Positions 37,966 through 47,413 of a DNA stretch of 61,115 nt are shown piece after piece; position 1 is the first letter of the stretch, and every line of letters begins with the position of its first letter. The notes below the pieces were generated by a model, which saw only the letters and a program-made list of their open reading frames with translations, was not told the DNA's origin and searched no databases. Origin of the DNA: Patescibacteria group bacterium (GTDB lineage: Bacteria > Patescibacteriota > Minisyncoccia > Phycocordibacterales > UBA918); the NCBI GenBank assembly GCA_019750255.1, contig JAIEOU010000004.1, positions 1 to 61,115 of the forward strand. The letters run 5' to 3'. The translations under genes and the position numbers were made by a program.

Positions 37966-39027
37966 ATGAAAAAGAAGAAAGTGTTTGTCGGTCTCTCCGG
38001 TGGGGTAGATTCTGCCGTAGCGGCGGCACGGCTGATTGATGAGGGCCACCAGGTGGTCGGGGTATTCATCAAGGTCTGGCATCCCGAGTGGCTTGTCTGT
38101 AATTGGGAAGCCGAAAGACTTGACGCTATGAGGGTCGCCTCCCACCTCAATATCCCATTTCTTACCTGTGACGCGGAAGCGGCCTACCGTGATGGTGTGG
38201 CCAAGTACTTCATTAGTGAGTATGAGGCTGGCCGGACTCCGAACCCCGACGTGTTGTGTAACCGTGAGGTAAAGTTTGGTGCCTTTATGGAATTCGCCAA
38301 AAGCCACGGCGCTGACTCCATCGCTACCGGCCATTACGCACGCCGCAGCGATGACGAACTGGGTGTGCCCCACCTCTTGCGTGGTGTCGATGCCGGGAAA
38401 GACCAAACATACTTTCTCTGGACAATGACCGGCGAACAGCTCGAGTACGTACTCTTTCCCATCGGTGACACTCGCAAGGAAGACATTCGGAAAGAAGCCC
38501 AGCGCCGCGGTCTTCCCGTATTTGAGAAGCGGGACAGCCAAGGCGTGTGCTTCCTAGGTCATATTGATATCAAGGAATTCCTTGGTCACTATATAAAACT
38601 CACGCCTGGCCCCGTAATAAACCAAGCAGGTGATGTAGTGGGGAGGCACGATGGCGCGGTCGTGTACACGCTAGGGCAGCGCCACGGCTTTACACTTAAC
38701 ACTAAAACAACTGACAGCGCCCCGCACTACGTACTTCAAAAAAATGTTGCGGAAAACACGCTGACTGTCGGCCCCACTCCACCGGTCTTTACTACTGGAG
38801 CGAGCCTGATGCTCCATTCCGTAACTCTACGCAACCCCTTCATAGCCGGAGATACTATTGCCTACCAAACCAGATATCGACAGAACCCTAACTCAGCAAT
38901 CGTTACAAGCGTGAGCGAAGGCAGCGTTGTTATTACACCCAATGGCACGTACGAAGCGGCCGCGAGCGGCCAGTCCTGTGTACTGTACCAGGGTGAAGAG
39001 TGCCTGGGTGGTGGTATTATTGGCTAA
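37966..39027 (+). CDS. mnmA: tRNA 2-thiouridine(34) synthase MnmA
   Basis: VGLSGGVDSAVAA PP-loop, RTPNPDVLCN, and KDQTYFL. A GTG at 37960 is an alternative start. Confidence 0.93.
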   Translation: MKKKKVFVGLSGGVDSAVAAARLIDEGHQVVGVFIKVWHPEWLVCNWEAERLDAMRVASHLNIPFLTCDAEAAYRDGVAKYFISEYEAGRTPNPDVLCNREVKFGAFMEFAKSHGADSIATGHYARRSDDELGVPHLLRGVDAGKDQTYFLWTMTGEQLEYVLFPIGDTRKEDIRKEAQRRGLPVFEKRDSQGVCFLGHIDIKEFLGHYIKLTPGPVINQAGDVVGRHDGAVVYTLGQRHGFTLNTKTTDSAPHYVLQKNVAENTLTVGPTPPVFTTGASLMLHSVTLRNPFIAGDTIAYQTRYRQNPNSAIVTSVSEGSVVITPNGTYEAAASGQSCVLYQGEECLGGGIIG

Positions 39028-39863
39028 TGCCCGCACACGTCACCAAAGCTGACGGTTCTTTAGAATTTTTTAAAATTGAAAAGCTCCGCCGCTCTTTGCG
39101 GCGGTCGGGTGCTTCAGTAGGTGAAATCCAGGCAGTAGTGGAGACAGTGACTTCTGAGCTCTATGACGGCATTCATACCCAGGAAATCTACCGGCGCGCT
39201 TTCGACCTATTGCGCCAAACTGAACGCAATGCCGCTGCACGGTATTCGCTCAGGCGTGCACTCTTTGCCCTTGGTCCTTCCGGCTTTCCCTTTGAACAGT
39301 TCCTCGGTCGATTATTTGAAGCTGACGGCTATACCGCCCGTACAGGTATCATCATGAATGGTAGATGTGCGCCACACGAAATTGATATTGCGGCATACAG
39401 CGATAGTCACAGCTTCATTGGTGAGGCGAAATTTCATGCACGGCCCGGCATCAAGTCTGATCTTCAGGTGGCGCTGTATTCGTATGCGCGCTTCCTTGAT
39501 CTCCAAGGACACAAAATTTGTACCGAAGACTACTGCGGTGTCTCTGAGTTCTGGCTCATCACTAATACTAAGTTCACCACCACCGCAGAAAAATATGCTC
39601 AATGCGTTGGCTTAAAACTCTTATCATGGGACTACCCCCGCCACAACAATCTTCACGACCGCATTCAGCGGGCGGGGATTTATCCCCTCACGGTTCTGTC
39701 CGGCCTCACGAACGCCCAAACCGCCACCTTAATTGAGCGGGGCATTATCCTTTGTAGTGAACTTGTGACTCATCAGCACGTACTGCACTACCTGCACCTC
39801 CCGCAAGCAAAAGCTGAAGCGATAATCGCAGAGGCAATGGCACTAGGTCAATCTGAGCCTTAA
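39027..39863 (+). CDS. ATP-cone domain fused to an Mrr-like (PD-(D/E)xK) restriction-endonuclease domain
   Basis: The N-terminal V.K.DG....F...KL..SL...G......I........LYDGI.T.EIY is an ATP-cone. FEQFLGRLFEADGY....EIDIAAY....FIGEAKFH....WLITNTKFT..A is an Mrr_cat-like core. The start overlaps the mnmA stop (TAATG). Confidence 0.7.
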   Translation: MPAHVTKADGSLEFFKIEKLRRSLRRSGASVGEIQAVVETVTSELYDGIHTQEIYRRAFDLLRQTERNAAARYSLRRALFALGPSGFPFEQFLGRLFEADGYTARTGIIMNGRCAPHEIDIAAYSDSHSFIGEAKFHARPGIKSDLQVALYSYARFLDLQGHKICTEDYCGVSEFWLITNTKFTTTAEKYAQCVGLKLLSWDYPRHNNLHDRIQRAGIYPLTVLSGLTNAQTATLIERGIILCSELVTHQHVLHYLHLPQAKAEAIIAEAMALGQSEP

Positions 39864-39985
39864 TAGAAGCTAACTGACTGACGCAGCGGCGACAAAATTT
39901 CCGATCATTGTCAATGGAACGGCAAATTTTATGCGTGATATACTAGGGCGTATTAACGATATTCAGCAATTCATAGACATTAGGT

Positions 39986-40534
39986 ATGGCAGATACAACT
40001 ACTCAGCCGGAGGACAAGAAGACCGTCGTAGCGTTCATAGTAGGACTCCTTATTGGTGGACTCCTCGTGTGGGCGTTCTCAGGTCCTTCAGCAGGCGCGC
40101 CAACTAAGATGGATGATAAGAAGGGTGAAGCCAGTGAAGAAGCCGTAGCTGACAACACAGAAGAATCAGAAGCGGTTGCGACTGACGAAGAGGTGGCCGC
40201 ACCAGCTCCAGCCCTCGAAGTCGGCGATGGCAGCGTAGCGCTTGGTGAAGTAGCTGCAGGCACCAGTGTCCCGCTTTCAAACGTCACCTATCCAGTTGGT
40301 GAAGGTTGGGTAGGAGTTCGTTCGTACCAAGATGGTCGTCTTGGCACCATCCTTGGCGTGGTTCGCTTTAGCAAGGAGCAGGGACTTGTTCCACCGACCA
40401 TTGTGCTTCAGACCCCAATGCGGGCTGGTAGCCAGTACGCAGTCGTCATGTTCACCGAAGACGGTGACCGATCATTCAACCTCGCTGCTGATACACAAAT
40501 CGACGAGATTTTCGCTACCTTTACGGCTAAGTAG
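39986..40534 (+). CDS. membrane-anchored hypothetical protein
   Basis: N-terminal TM helix, acidic linker and beta-rich C-terminal domain. Confidence 0.45.
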   Translation: MADTTTQPEDKKTVVAFIVGLLIGGLLVWAFSGPSAGAPTKMDDKKGEASEEAVADNTEESEAVATDEEVAAPAPALEVGDGSVALGEVAAGTSVPLSNVTYPVGEGWVGVRSYQDGRLGTILGVVRFSKEQGLVPPTIVLQTPMRAGSQYAVVMFTEDGDRSFNLAADTQIDEIFATFTAK

Positions 40535-40615
40535 CAGCAAGTGATCAAAGTGTTACAAAAGCCCCGATTGGGGTTTTTGTGTACCTCCATGAACTTCATG
40601 CTAAAATGATGACAC

Positions 40616-41410
40616 ATGGCTGACTCTACCTTCAAAAAATACAACCCGAACCGAGCCGCTGACTGGAACTATGGCGGAGCAAAGTGGAAACTCTCACGCT
40701 CAAAAATTGATTTTTTTATTGAATGTCCACGCTGTTTTTATCTCGACAACAAACTAGGGACTAAACGCCCAGGCTTTCCTTCGTTCAACCTCAACATTGC
40801 AGTTGATGAGCTCTTTAAAAAGGAATTTGATGTCCACCGCACAGCCTCGAGCGTGCATCCGCTCTGTGCGAAATATCAGGTAGACGCAGTCCCGTTCGCT
40901 CACAGTGACCTCGACGCTTGGCGCGACCCGTTTGTCGGCATTATGCACCGTGATCCGGCTACCGACCTGCTTGTTTCAGGAGGAGTTGATGATATCTGGC
41001 AAAAGCCAGACGGCTCACTCATTATTGTTGACTATAAGGCGACCTCTAAAGCGGGAAGCATTGTCGAACTTGGTGACAGTCCGTGGGAGCTGCAGTACAC
41101 AAGGCAGCTTGGGATATACCGGTGGCTCCTTGAAATGAACGGCTTTACCGTTGACGAACTGGGCTACCTCGTATATGCGAACGCCAGCAAGGACGTAGAC
41201 GCCTTTGATGACGTGCTAACGTTTGAAACTACCCTCGTGCCGGTTACCACTGACACAACATGGATTTTGACTACCCTGGCTGATATTAAAGCTACCCTTG
41301 AGAGTCCAGCACTGCCCGCCATTGGCCCTCATTGCGAATACTGCCCGTACCGTGAGGCCGCTGGCAAGAAGCTACAAGCCATCCATAAAGCCCAGCATGT
41401 TAAAGCCTAA
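40616..41410 (+). CDS. PD-(D/E)xK nuclease, Cas4/RecB-like with Cys cluster
   Basis: CPRCFY near the N-terminus and CEYCPY near the C-terminus (candidate Fe-S ligands). GGVDDIW...IIVDYKAT provides the D...D/E-x-K core. Confidence 0.7.
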   Translation: MADSTFKKYNPNRAADWNYGGAKWKLSRSKIDFFIECPRCFYLDNKLGTKRPGFPSFNLNIAVDELFKKEFDVHRTASSVHPLCAKYQVDAVPFAHSDLDAWRDPFVGIMHRDPATDLLVSGGVDDIWQKPDGSLIIVDYKATSKAGSIVELGDSPWELQYTRQLGIYRWLLEMNGFTVDELGYLVYANASKDVDAFDDVLTFETTLVPVTTDTTWILTTLADIKATLESPALPAIGPHCEYCPYREAAGKKLQAIHKAQHVKA

Positions 41411-41678
41411 GTTATTTAATGCTGAAGATTTTACCGAGCGGGTGCGGGCTATTGTTCGTGCTATTCCGAAAGGTCAGGTGATGAGCTATGGGCAGATTGC
41501 CACAGCCTTGGGTGCGCCACGTTATTCTAGGCAAGTGGCCAAAGTTATGGCCAATAATTACCTTCCGGACGTACCCTGCCACCGCGTCATTCGCAGCGAC
41601 GGCCAACTCGGTGGTTATAACCGCGGTGGTATCGAACAAAAAAGGACGTTATTATTGAATGAAGGCTATGTGCTCTAG
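41397..41678 (+). CDS. MGMT-family protein (O6-alkylguanine-DNA alkyltransferase DNA-binding domain, active-site Cys present)
   Basis: IP.G.V.SYG.IA..LG.P...R.V.......PCHRVI...G.LGGY. It is 93 aa with no N-terminal domain. Overlaps the upstream gene by 14 nt. Confidence 0.8.
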   Translation: MLKPKLFNAEDFTERVRAIVRAIPKGQVMSYGQIATALGAPRYSRQVAKVMANNYLPDVPCHRVIRSDGQLGGYNRGGIEQKRTLLLNEGYVL

Positions 41679-41698
41679 CGTTTTTATATGCAAATTAT

Positions 41699-41947
41699 AT
41701 GAGTAGTGATTCTAAATTACAGGAGGTGACGCGCAAAATTTCTAATGTTGAAAGCAAAATTGCTGACGAAAAGCGGGGATTGAGTAAAATCGAATCAAAG
41801 CTAGACGAGGTGAAGACGGAACATGACCGTGCCGCCGGCAAACTTCGCGAGCTAGAACAAGAGCTTGGCAGACTACTTGAAGACAAACACCGCGCCGAAG
41901 ATGCAGTGAAGGCCGATGCGGCGCGTGAACAAAAACGATCTGCATAA
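41699..41947 (+). CDS. small coiled-coil protein
   Basis: 82 aa, highly charged, with a heptad-like sequence. Confidence 0.4.
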   Translation: MSSDSKLQEVTRKISNVESKIADEKRGLSKIESKLDEVKTEHDRAAGKLRELEQELGRLLEDKHRAEDAVKADAAREQKRSA

Positions 41948-41953
41948 ATTACC

Positions 41954-42550
41954 ATGTACTCCTTTCGCGTAGAACAAGCCATCAGGGCCGCATCAGTCCT
42001 ACACAAGGACCAAACCCGACGCGGTTCAATGCCGTTTCCTTTTGTCACGCACCTCGTGGCCACCGCCTTTACCTTAATTGACTACACGACCGACGAAGAT
42101 GTGATCGTGGCTGCACTTCTTCACGATACGCTCGAGGACACCGATTATACCCTTGATGAATTAAGGGAGGACTTTGGGGGCAAGGTGGCGGATATAGTGC
42201 AGACACTGACCGAAGATAAAGGCACGCCCGACAAGCCCATCATCTGGCTAGATCGTAAGCTCAATTATGCGCGTCAGTTAAAGAAAGGTTCGGAAGAGGC
42301 CCTCCTCATTGCTGCAGCGGATAAAATTCATAATTTCCGCACCACCGTTGAAGACTACAGTGACGCCCACGACCGTTTCTACCAGGACTTCGGTAAAAAT
42401 TTTGACGACCGCCTCGAAGCCTACCAGGCAATTGCAAACGCTATTAATAATCGGCTCAAAAACCCGATTCTGGCCGAATTTAATCACGTGTTTGATGAGT
42501 ACAAGAAGTTCTTAGCAGACGTAAAGTACGCGCACGACCACCGTTATTAA
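41954..42550 (+). CDS. HD-domain (p)ppGpp hydrolase-like protein (RelA/SpoT-type HD, small alarmone hydrolase-like)
   Basis: A...H..Q.R.....P...H...VA..L and ALLHDTLEDT......FG..VA.IV..LTED. Confidence 0.7.
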   Translation: MYSFRVEQAIRAASVLHKDQTRRGSMPFPFVTHLVATAFTLIDYTTDEDVIVAALLHDTLEDTDYTLDELREDFGGKVADIVQTLTEDKGTPDKPIIWLDRKLNYARQLKKGSEEALLIAAADKIHNFRTTVEDYSDAHDRFYQDFGKNFDDRLEAYQAIANAINNRLKNPILAEFNHVFDEYKKFLADVKYAHDHRY

Positions 42551-42570
42551 TCCGACTCTGAATACTTCCT

Positions 42571-44394
42571 ATGACAAAAAAACTGCCGGCTTTTCATTAT
42601 GTACCAACGCTGAACCTTCCGGCTCTTACTGGAGTGAAAACTGAGTGGGATTTAGCTGGTCTCTTCTACAAGAGCGAGAAAGATCCACAGATCGAAGCCG
42701 ACATAAAAGTCACTGAGTCCGAATATCAGACCTTTGCCAAGAAGTACGCAAAGAAGGATTTCTGTGCGAGCGCAAGCGCGCTTGCGGCCATGCTGAAGGA
42801 GTACCACGCCCTTGCAAGCCTGCCCGGAGAACGAGCGCTGTACTATTTCCACTATCGACACACCTTAGATGCCAACGACCACACAGCTGAGCAGCAACTA
42901 ACCCTCCTCTCTGACCGTCTCACTAAACTTGGTAATCTAGTACTCTTTGTACCCCTCACCATTGGGAAGATTCCAAAAACCACCCAAAAGGCGTATCTAA
43001 GAGAGGCACTTCTCGCGCCGTACCGCTATGCGCTGGAGCGAATTTTTCTCGAGGCCAAACACACCCTAACTGAAGCCGAAGAAAAAATTATGAACCTCAA
43101 GAGCCAAACAGCTCGTGGTCTTTGGATTGCTGGAACCGATAAGATTCTCAACCGAAAGACTGTCGTGTACAGAGGAAAAACGCTTCCTTTAAACGAAGCG
43201 ATCGAAAAGACCTCATCTATAACCCCCGCTGAACGACCGGCACTGTGGCGCGTGGTGACAAACGAGCTTAAACACTGGGCAGAAGTGGCTGAGAACGAAA
43301 TGAATGCCATTGTACTTGATAAGAAAATCAATGATGAGCTCCGGGGCTACACCAAGCCGTACGAAGGGAAGGTGCAATCATACGAAAACGATCTTGCAAG
43401 TGTTGAAGCCTTAGTTGCGTCCATGAGTAAAGAGGGGTTTGCGCTCAGCCAGAAATTTTACAAACTCAAAGCCGCTTATCACGGTATGGCGACCTTACCG
43501 TACGCGAGTAAGTATGACCCCATCGGGGAAGAGCCGGCCATTCCGTTTGATCATGCGGTTGAAATCTGTCGCGATGTATTCTATGACACTAAGACAGAAT
43601 ACGGAGAAATTTTTGATTCCATGCTGACCAAGGGTCAAATCGATGTCTACCCAAAACCTAACCGGAGTGGGGGAGCGTTTATGTCGTCTGCGGTTGAATT
43701 ACCAACCGTGGTGTTTCTCAATCACGTGAATCAGTTCAAGTCCCTCGAAACTCTCGCCCACGAAATGGGGCACGCCATTCACTCGACCCGAGCCAAGGTG
43801 GGGCAGCCACATTGGTACGAAGGCTATTCCACAACGACCGCAGAAACGGCATCGACCTTCTTTGAACACCTGGTGTTTGATGCCGTATACAGGGGCGCTG
43901 ACACTGCCACCAAGCGCACACTGCTCCATGACCGCATTACTCGCGATATTGCGACCATCCAGCGACAAATTGCGTTCTTTAACTTCGAAGTCGAACTCCA
44001 TAACCGAATACGCTCTGAAGGCGGACTAACCAAAGAGCAGATGGCAAAGCTCATGCAGAAGCACCTACAAAGCTATTTAGGTCCCGCGGTCGACGTAACA
44101 GAAGAGGATGGCTACTCGTTTGTCTATATCGGACACTTCCGTTCGATGTTCTACGTCTACACTTATGCCTACGGTCAACTCATGAGCACGCTCATGCATC
44201 AGAAGTATGTAGCCGACAAATCATACATTGAGAAAGTAGATCAGTTTTTCCAAGCCGGCGGTAGTAACACGGTTGAAAACATCTTCCGCAGCATTGGTAT
44301 TGATGCCCACAAAACTGAGACATTCACGAGTGCACTCGCGTCACTCAAAGCCGACATATCCGAGTTTGCACGCCTTGCTAAAGCGCCCAAGTAA
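42571..44394 (+). CDS. pepF: M3B oligoendopeptidase F-family metallopeptidase
   Basis: HEMGHAIH zinc motif with a downstream Glu. 607 aa. Confidence 0.85.
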   Translation: MTKKLPAFHYVPTLNLPALTGVKTEWDLAGLFYKSEKDPQIEADIKVTESEYQTFAKKYAKKDFCASASALAAMLKEYHALASLPGERALYYFHYRHTLDANDHTAEQQLTLLSDRLTKLGNLVLFVPLTIGKIPKTTQKAYLREALLAPYRYALERIFLEAKHTLTEAEEKIMNLKSQTARGLWIAGTDKILNRKTVVYRGKTLPLNEAIEKTSSITPAERPALWRVVTNELKHWAEVAENEMNAIVLDKKINDELRGYTKPYEGKVQSYENDLASVEALVASMSKEGFALSQKFYKLKAAYHGMATLPYASKYDPIGEEPAIPFDHAVEICRDVFYDTKTEYGEIFDSMLTKGQIDVYPKPNRSGGAFMSSAVELPTVVFLNHVNQFKSLETLAHEMGHAIHSTRAKVGQPHWYEGYSTTTAETASTFFEHLVFDAVYRGADTATKRTLLHDRITRDIATIQRQIAFFNFEVELHNRIRSEGGLTKEQMAKLMQKHLQSYLGPAVDVTEEDGYSFVYIGHFRSMFYVYTYAYGQLMSTLMHQKYVADKSYIEKVDQFFQAGGSNTVENIFRSIGIDAHKTETFTSALASLKADISEFARLAKAPK

Positions 44395-44409
44395 CGCGAC
44401 AATACCTGT

Positions 44410-44685
44410 ATGAGTATTTTGTTTTGGGCGCTGACGTTCGGAGTAATTGGAAAAATTTTGCTGGCGGTCGGAATTCTAAAGGTGCACTACGTCATGTCTC
44501 AGGAGAAACGAATCGATAGCGAGGTGATTCATTCTTTTCACTACGAAAAAATCCTGACCCTGATTGGTATCGGTTTTATCGTGACGGGGTACCTCATGGA
44601 ACTCTACTTCTATAACGGACTCCACATGCTTTCGTGCACCGGTGGCGAATGCGCCGCGAGCGTCCTTGACGCAATTGCACCGTAA
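44410..44685 (+). CDS. small membrane protein
   Basis: Two hydrophobic helices and a Cys-containing tail. Confidence 0.4.
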   Translation: MSILFWALTFGVIGKILLAVGILKVHYVMSQEKRIDSEVIHSFHYEKILTLIGIGFIVTGYLMELYFYNGLHMLSCTGGECAASVLDAIAP

Positions 44686-44747
44686 CGGAGGCACTGGTAT
44701 AGTGCGGCGGTACGAGGAAATGCTTACTTAATTAAACGTTATTTTCT

Positions 44748-46694
44748 ATGTCAGGGAACGAGATTCGCGAACGCTACCTAGCGTTTATGAAACGGGAAGG
44801 TCATGCCATCATCCCGTCCTCTGCGCTCGTGCCGGAAAATGACCCCACGACCCTGTTTACCGGTAGTGGTATGCAGCCACTCATTCCATACCTCATGGGT
44901 GAAGCGCACCCGATGGGAAAGCGTCTCGCTGACTCCCAGAAGTGCTTCCGAGCGAACGATATTGAGGAGGTAGGTGATAATCGTCACACCACGTTTTTCG
45001 AAATGCTCGGCAATTGGTCCCTTGGTGACTACTTCAAGCAAGAGCAGTTGCCGTGGATTTTTAATTATCTAGTTGATGAAGTTGGTCTTGATCCGGCCCG
45101 TATCTACGTCACTGTGTTTGCCGGTGACGAGTCCCTCGGCATTCCGCGTGACGATGAAGCGGTCGCACTCTGGAAGCAACTCTTTGCCAAACACGGAATT
45201 GAAGCTAAGGATGTGCTGATTGGCTCAGAGGAGAATGGCTACGAGGTTGGTATGCAAGGTGGACGGATTTTCTACTATGACGCCGCCAAAAATTGGTGGA
45301 GCCGTTCAGGAAAGCCATCTAATATGCCCGTTGGTGAAATTGGTGGAGCGTGCAGCGAAATCTTCTATGACTTTGGTCCAGAGCACGCGACCCATCCAGA
45401 GTATAAGGATAAGGAACCACACCCCAACAGCGACTCTGGACAGTGGCTCGAAATTGGTAACTCGGTATTTATTGAATACGTGAAGCAGGCCGACGGTTCG
45501 TTTACGAAACTACCGCAGCGTAACGTCGACTTCGGCGGAGGACTTGAGCGCATTGCGGCCGCCAAGAATGGTGACCCCGACGTATTTAAGGTCGACCTTC
45601 TCGCAACGGTAGTAGCACAGCTTGAACACGTATCGGGTAAACGCTACGACGACAACCTCGTCGCTTTTCGCATCATTACCGACCACATCCGTGGCGCCAC
45701 CTTCATGATTGGAGACGGTGTTCACCCGAGTAACGATCAGCAGGGTTACTTTGTCCGCCGACTGCTCCGTCGGGCCGTGCGCTACGCCGACACGCTGGGT
45801 ATTCCACCGGGCACCTTCGCTGCGTTTTCACAAAGCGTTATAGACACCTACAGCACACACTACCCAAACCTCCTCGTGAAGCGTACCGAAATCATGGACG
45901 CGATCGCTCGCGAGGAAGAGCAGTTCCGCAAAACCCTCGAGGCTGGCCTCAAGCAGTTTAATAAGGTCTCTCTCCAGATTCACCTCACTTCGAAAGTAGA
46001 GGACGGAAAGAAGATGATTGATAAGGACATTGCTCCTACGACCAAACAGATAATTACGGCCGACAAAGCCTTTGATCTCTACACCACCTACGGTTTCCCG
46101 ATTGAACTGACGCAGGAAATTGCCAAAGAGAAGGGATTTGAGATTGACATTGCTGGTTTTGAAACTCTCATGAATGAACATCGCGACAAATCACGCGCTG
46201 GTGCCGAGCAGAAGTTCAAGGGCGGACTGGCTGACAGCTCAGAAAAGGTTATTGAACTACACACTTCCACCCATCTTATGCTCGCAGGCCTCCAAAGGGA
46301 ACTGGGCGGCCATATTCATCAGGCAGGAAGCAACATTACCGGCGAGCGCCTACGCTATGACTTTACCCACCCTGAAAAAATTGAGCGGGATGTACTCGAC
46401 CGCATTGAAATGTTTGTGAACAAGGCCATAACCGAGGGCGGGGAAGTGAGCATAGCCATGATGAGTAAAGTCGATGCCCAAAACGACCCTACTATCGAAG
46501 CCAGCTTTTGGGACCGCTATCCAGACGAGGTAAAGGTCTACACCATGGTAGGCAAAGACGGTACCGTGCTCTCACGGGAGCTTTGTGGTGGCCCTCACGT
46601 CGGTCGCCTGGAAGACATTAAGGGTACGTTCAAAATCGTTAAGGAGGAGTCGTCATCAGCCGGTGTGCGTCGCATCAAAGCGGTGCTTGAGTAG
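44748..46694 (+). CDS. alaS: alanine--tRNA ligase (short form lacking the C-Ala domain)
   Basis: The class II AlaRS N-terminus (FTGSGMQP, F.MLGNWS.GDYFK) and editing-domain motifs (HT.THL, CGGPHV) are present. The ORF stops at 648 aa. Confidence 0.95.
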   Translation: MSGNEIRERYLAFMKREGHAIIPSSALVPENDPTTLFTGSGMQPLIPYLMGEAHPMGKRLADSQKCFRANDIEEVGDNRHTTFFEMLGNWSLGDYFKQEQLPWIFNYLVDEVGLDPARIYVTVFAGDESLGIPRDDEAVALWKQLFAKHGIEAKDVLIGSEENGYEVGMQGGRIFYYDAAKNWWSRSGKPSNMPVGEIGGACSEIFYDFGPEHATHPEYKDKEPHPNSDSGQWLEIGNSVFIEYVKQADGSFTKLPQRNVDFGGGLERIAAAKNGDPDVFKVDLLATVVAQLEHVSGKRYDDNLVAFRIITDHIRGATFMIGDGVHPSNDQQGYFVRRLLRRAVRYADTLGIPPGTFAAFSQSVIDTYSTHYPNLLVKRTEIMDAIAREEEQFRKTLEAGLKQFNKVSLQIHLTSKVEDGKKMIDKDIAPTTKQIITADKAFDLYTTYGFPIELTQEIAKEKGFEIDIAGFETLMNEHRDKSRAGAEQKFKGGLADSSEKVIELHTSTHLMLAGLQRELGGHIHQAGSNITGERLRYDFTHPEKIERDVLDRIEMFVNKAITEGGEVSIAMMSKVDAQNDPTIEASFWDRYPDEVKVYTMVGKDGTVLSRELCGGPHVGRLEDIKGTFKIVKEESSSAGVRRIKAVLE

Positions 46695-46726
46695 GGTATA
46701 TTTAAGCTCGACGAAAAATAGTAAAA

Positions 46727-46750
46727 AGAGCCGCCCAAATTGGCGGCTCT
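46727..46750. terminator. bidirectional terminator
   Basis: AGAGCCGCC-CAAATT-GGCGGCTCT between convergent genes. Confidence 0.75.
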
Positions 46751-46766
46751 ACGGACGGTACCATTC

Positions 46767-47204
46767 TTACTCCTGAATGGATACTTCATACTCTTGGGGA
46801 TTTGTTGGTAGACCAGCTCGCCGAAGAATTTCCGCGAGCTTGTACTCAACATCGTTCTCGTCTGAGCGCAGACTGAATCCCATGTGAGCAAGCTCCAGCA
46901 GATCAGATACCGTTAACGATTTATCAGCGACTGATTCAGCCTGAATGAAGGTAATGAGCTCAAAATTGTTATTGTTCTCCCTAAAATCATGACAAACTTC
47001 CCGCACCTTCCATTCATCAACATGTAGGTTATAAAGCCTTATATCTTGACCTACTTGCGGAAGGATCGACGAAGGCCAACGCAGATAAAATGATTCGGGG
47101 GTAGAAGCGAGATGTGGCGAGAGCGCTTTCCAGTACTGCGCAGGAAGATTTTCTTGCTCACACTCAAGTGAAAGGCTAAGGACAATTGGGTGGGCTTGGG
47201 TCAC
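46767..47204 (-). CDS. hypothetical protein
   Basis: GTG start preceded by AGGGAGA. No family recognised. Confidence 0.45.
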   Translation of the reverse strand: MTQAHPIVLSLSLECEQENLPAQYWKALSPHLASTPESFYLRWPSSILPQVGQDIRLYNLHVDEWKVREVCHDFRENNNNFELITFIQAESVADKSLTVSDLLELAHMGFSLRSDENDVEYKLAEILRRAGLPTNPQEYEVSIQE

Positions 47205-47413
47205 CAGGGTTCTCCCTAAGATTGACGGTCTTTAGAGAGAATGACATATGTATGAGCATATGTCAATATCATTATAGAAGTAGTGTCCCTAACTGGTCAG
47301 CAAGAAAACACAACGACCTTATTGTTCTTCATTATGGGAAAAAGCGCAGACGATATTCCCAATCAGGTGGTATAGCGCGGCAGCGACAGGGGTGACGGCG
47401 CGCTATACTTATC

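Noticed and set aside
37891-38541. 216-aa ORF on the minus strand
   Set aside because: It is entirely antisense to the strongly conserved mnmA gene. It has no recognisable motifs, so it is a shadow ORF.
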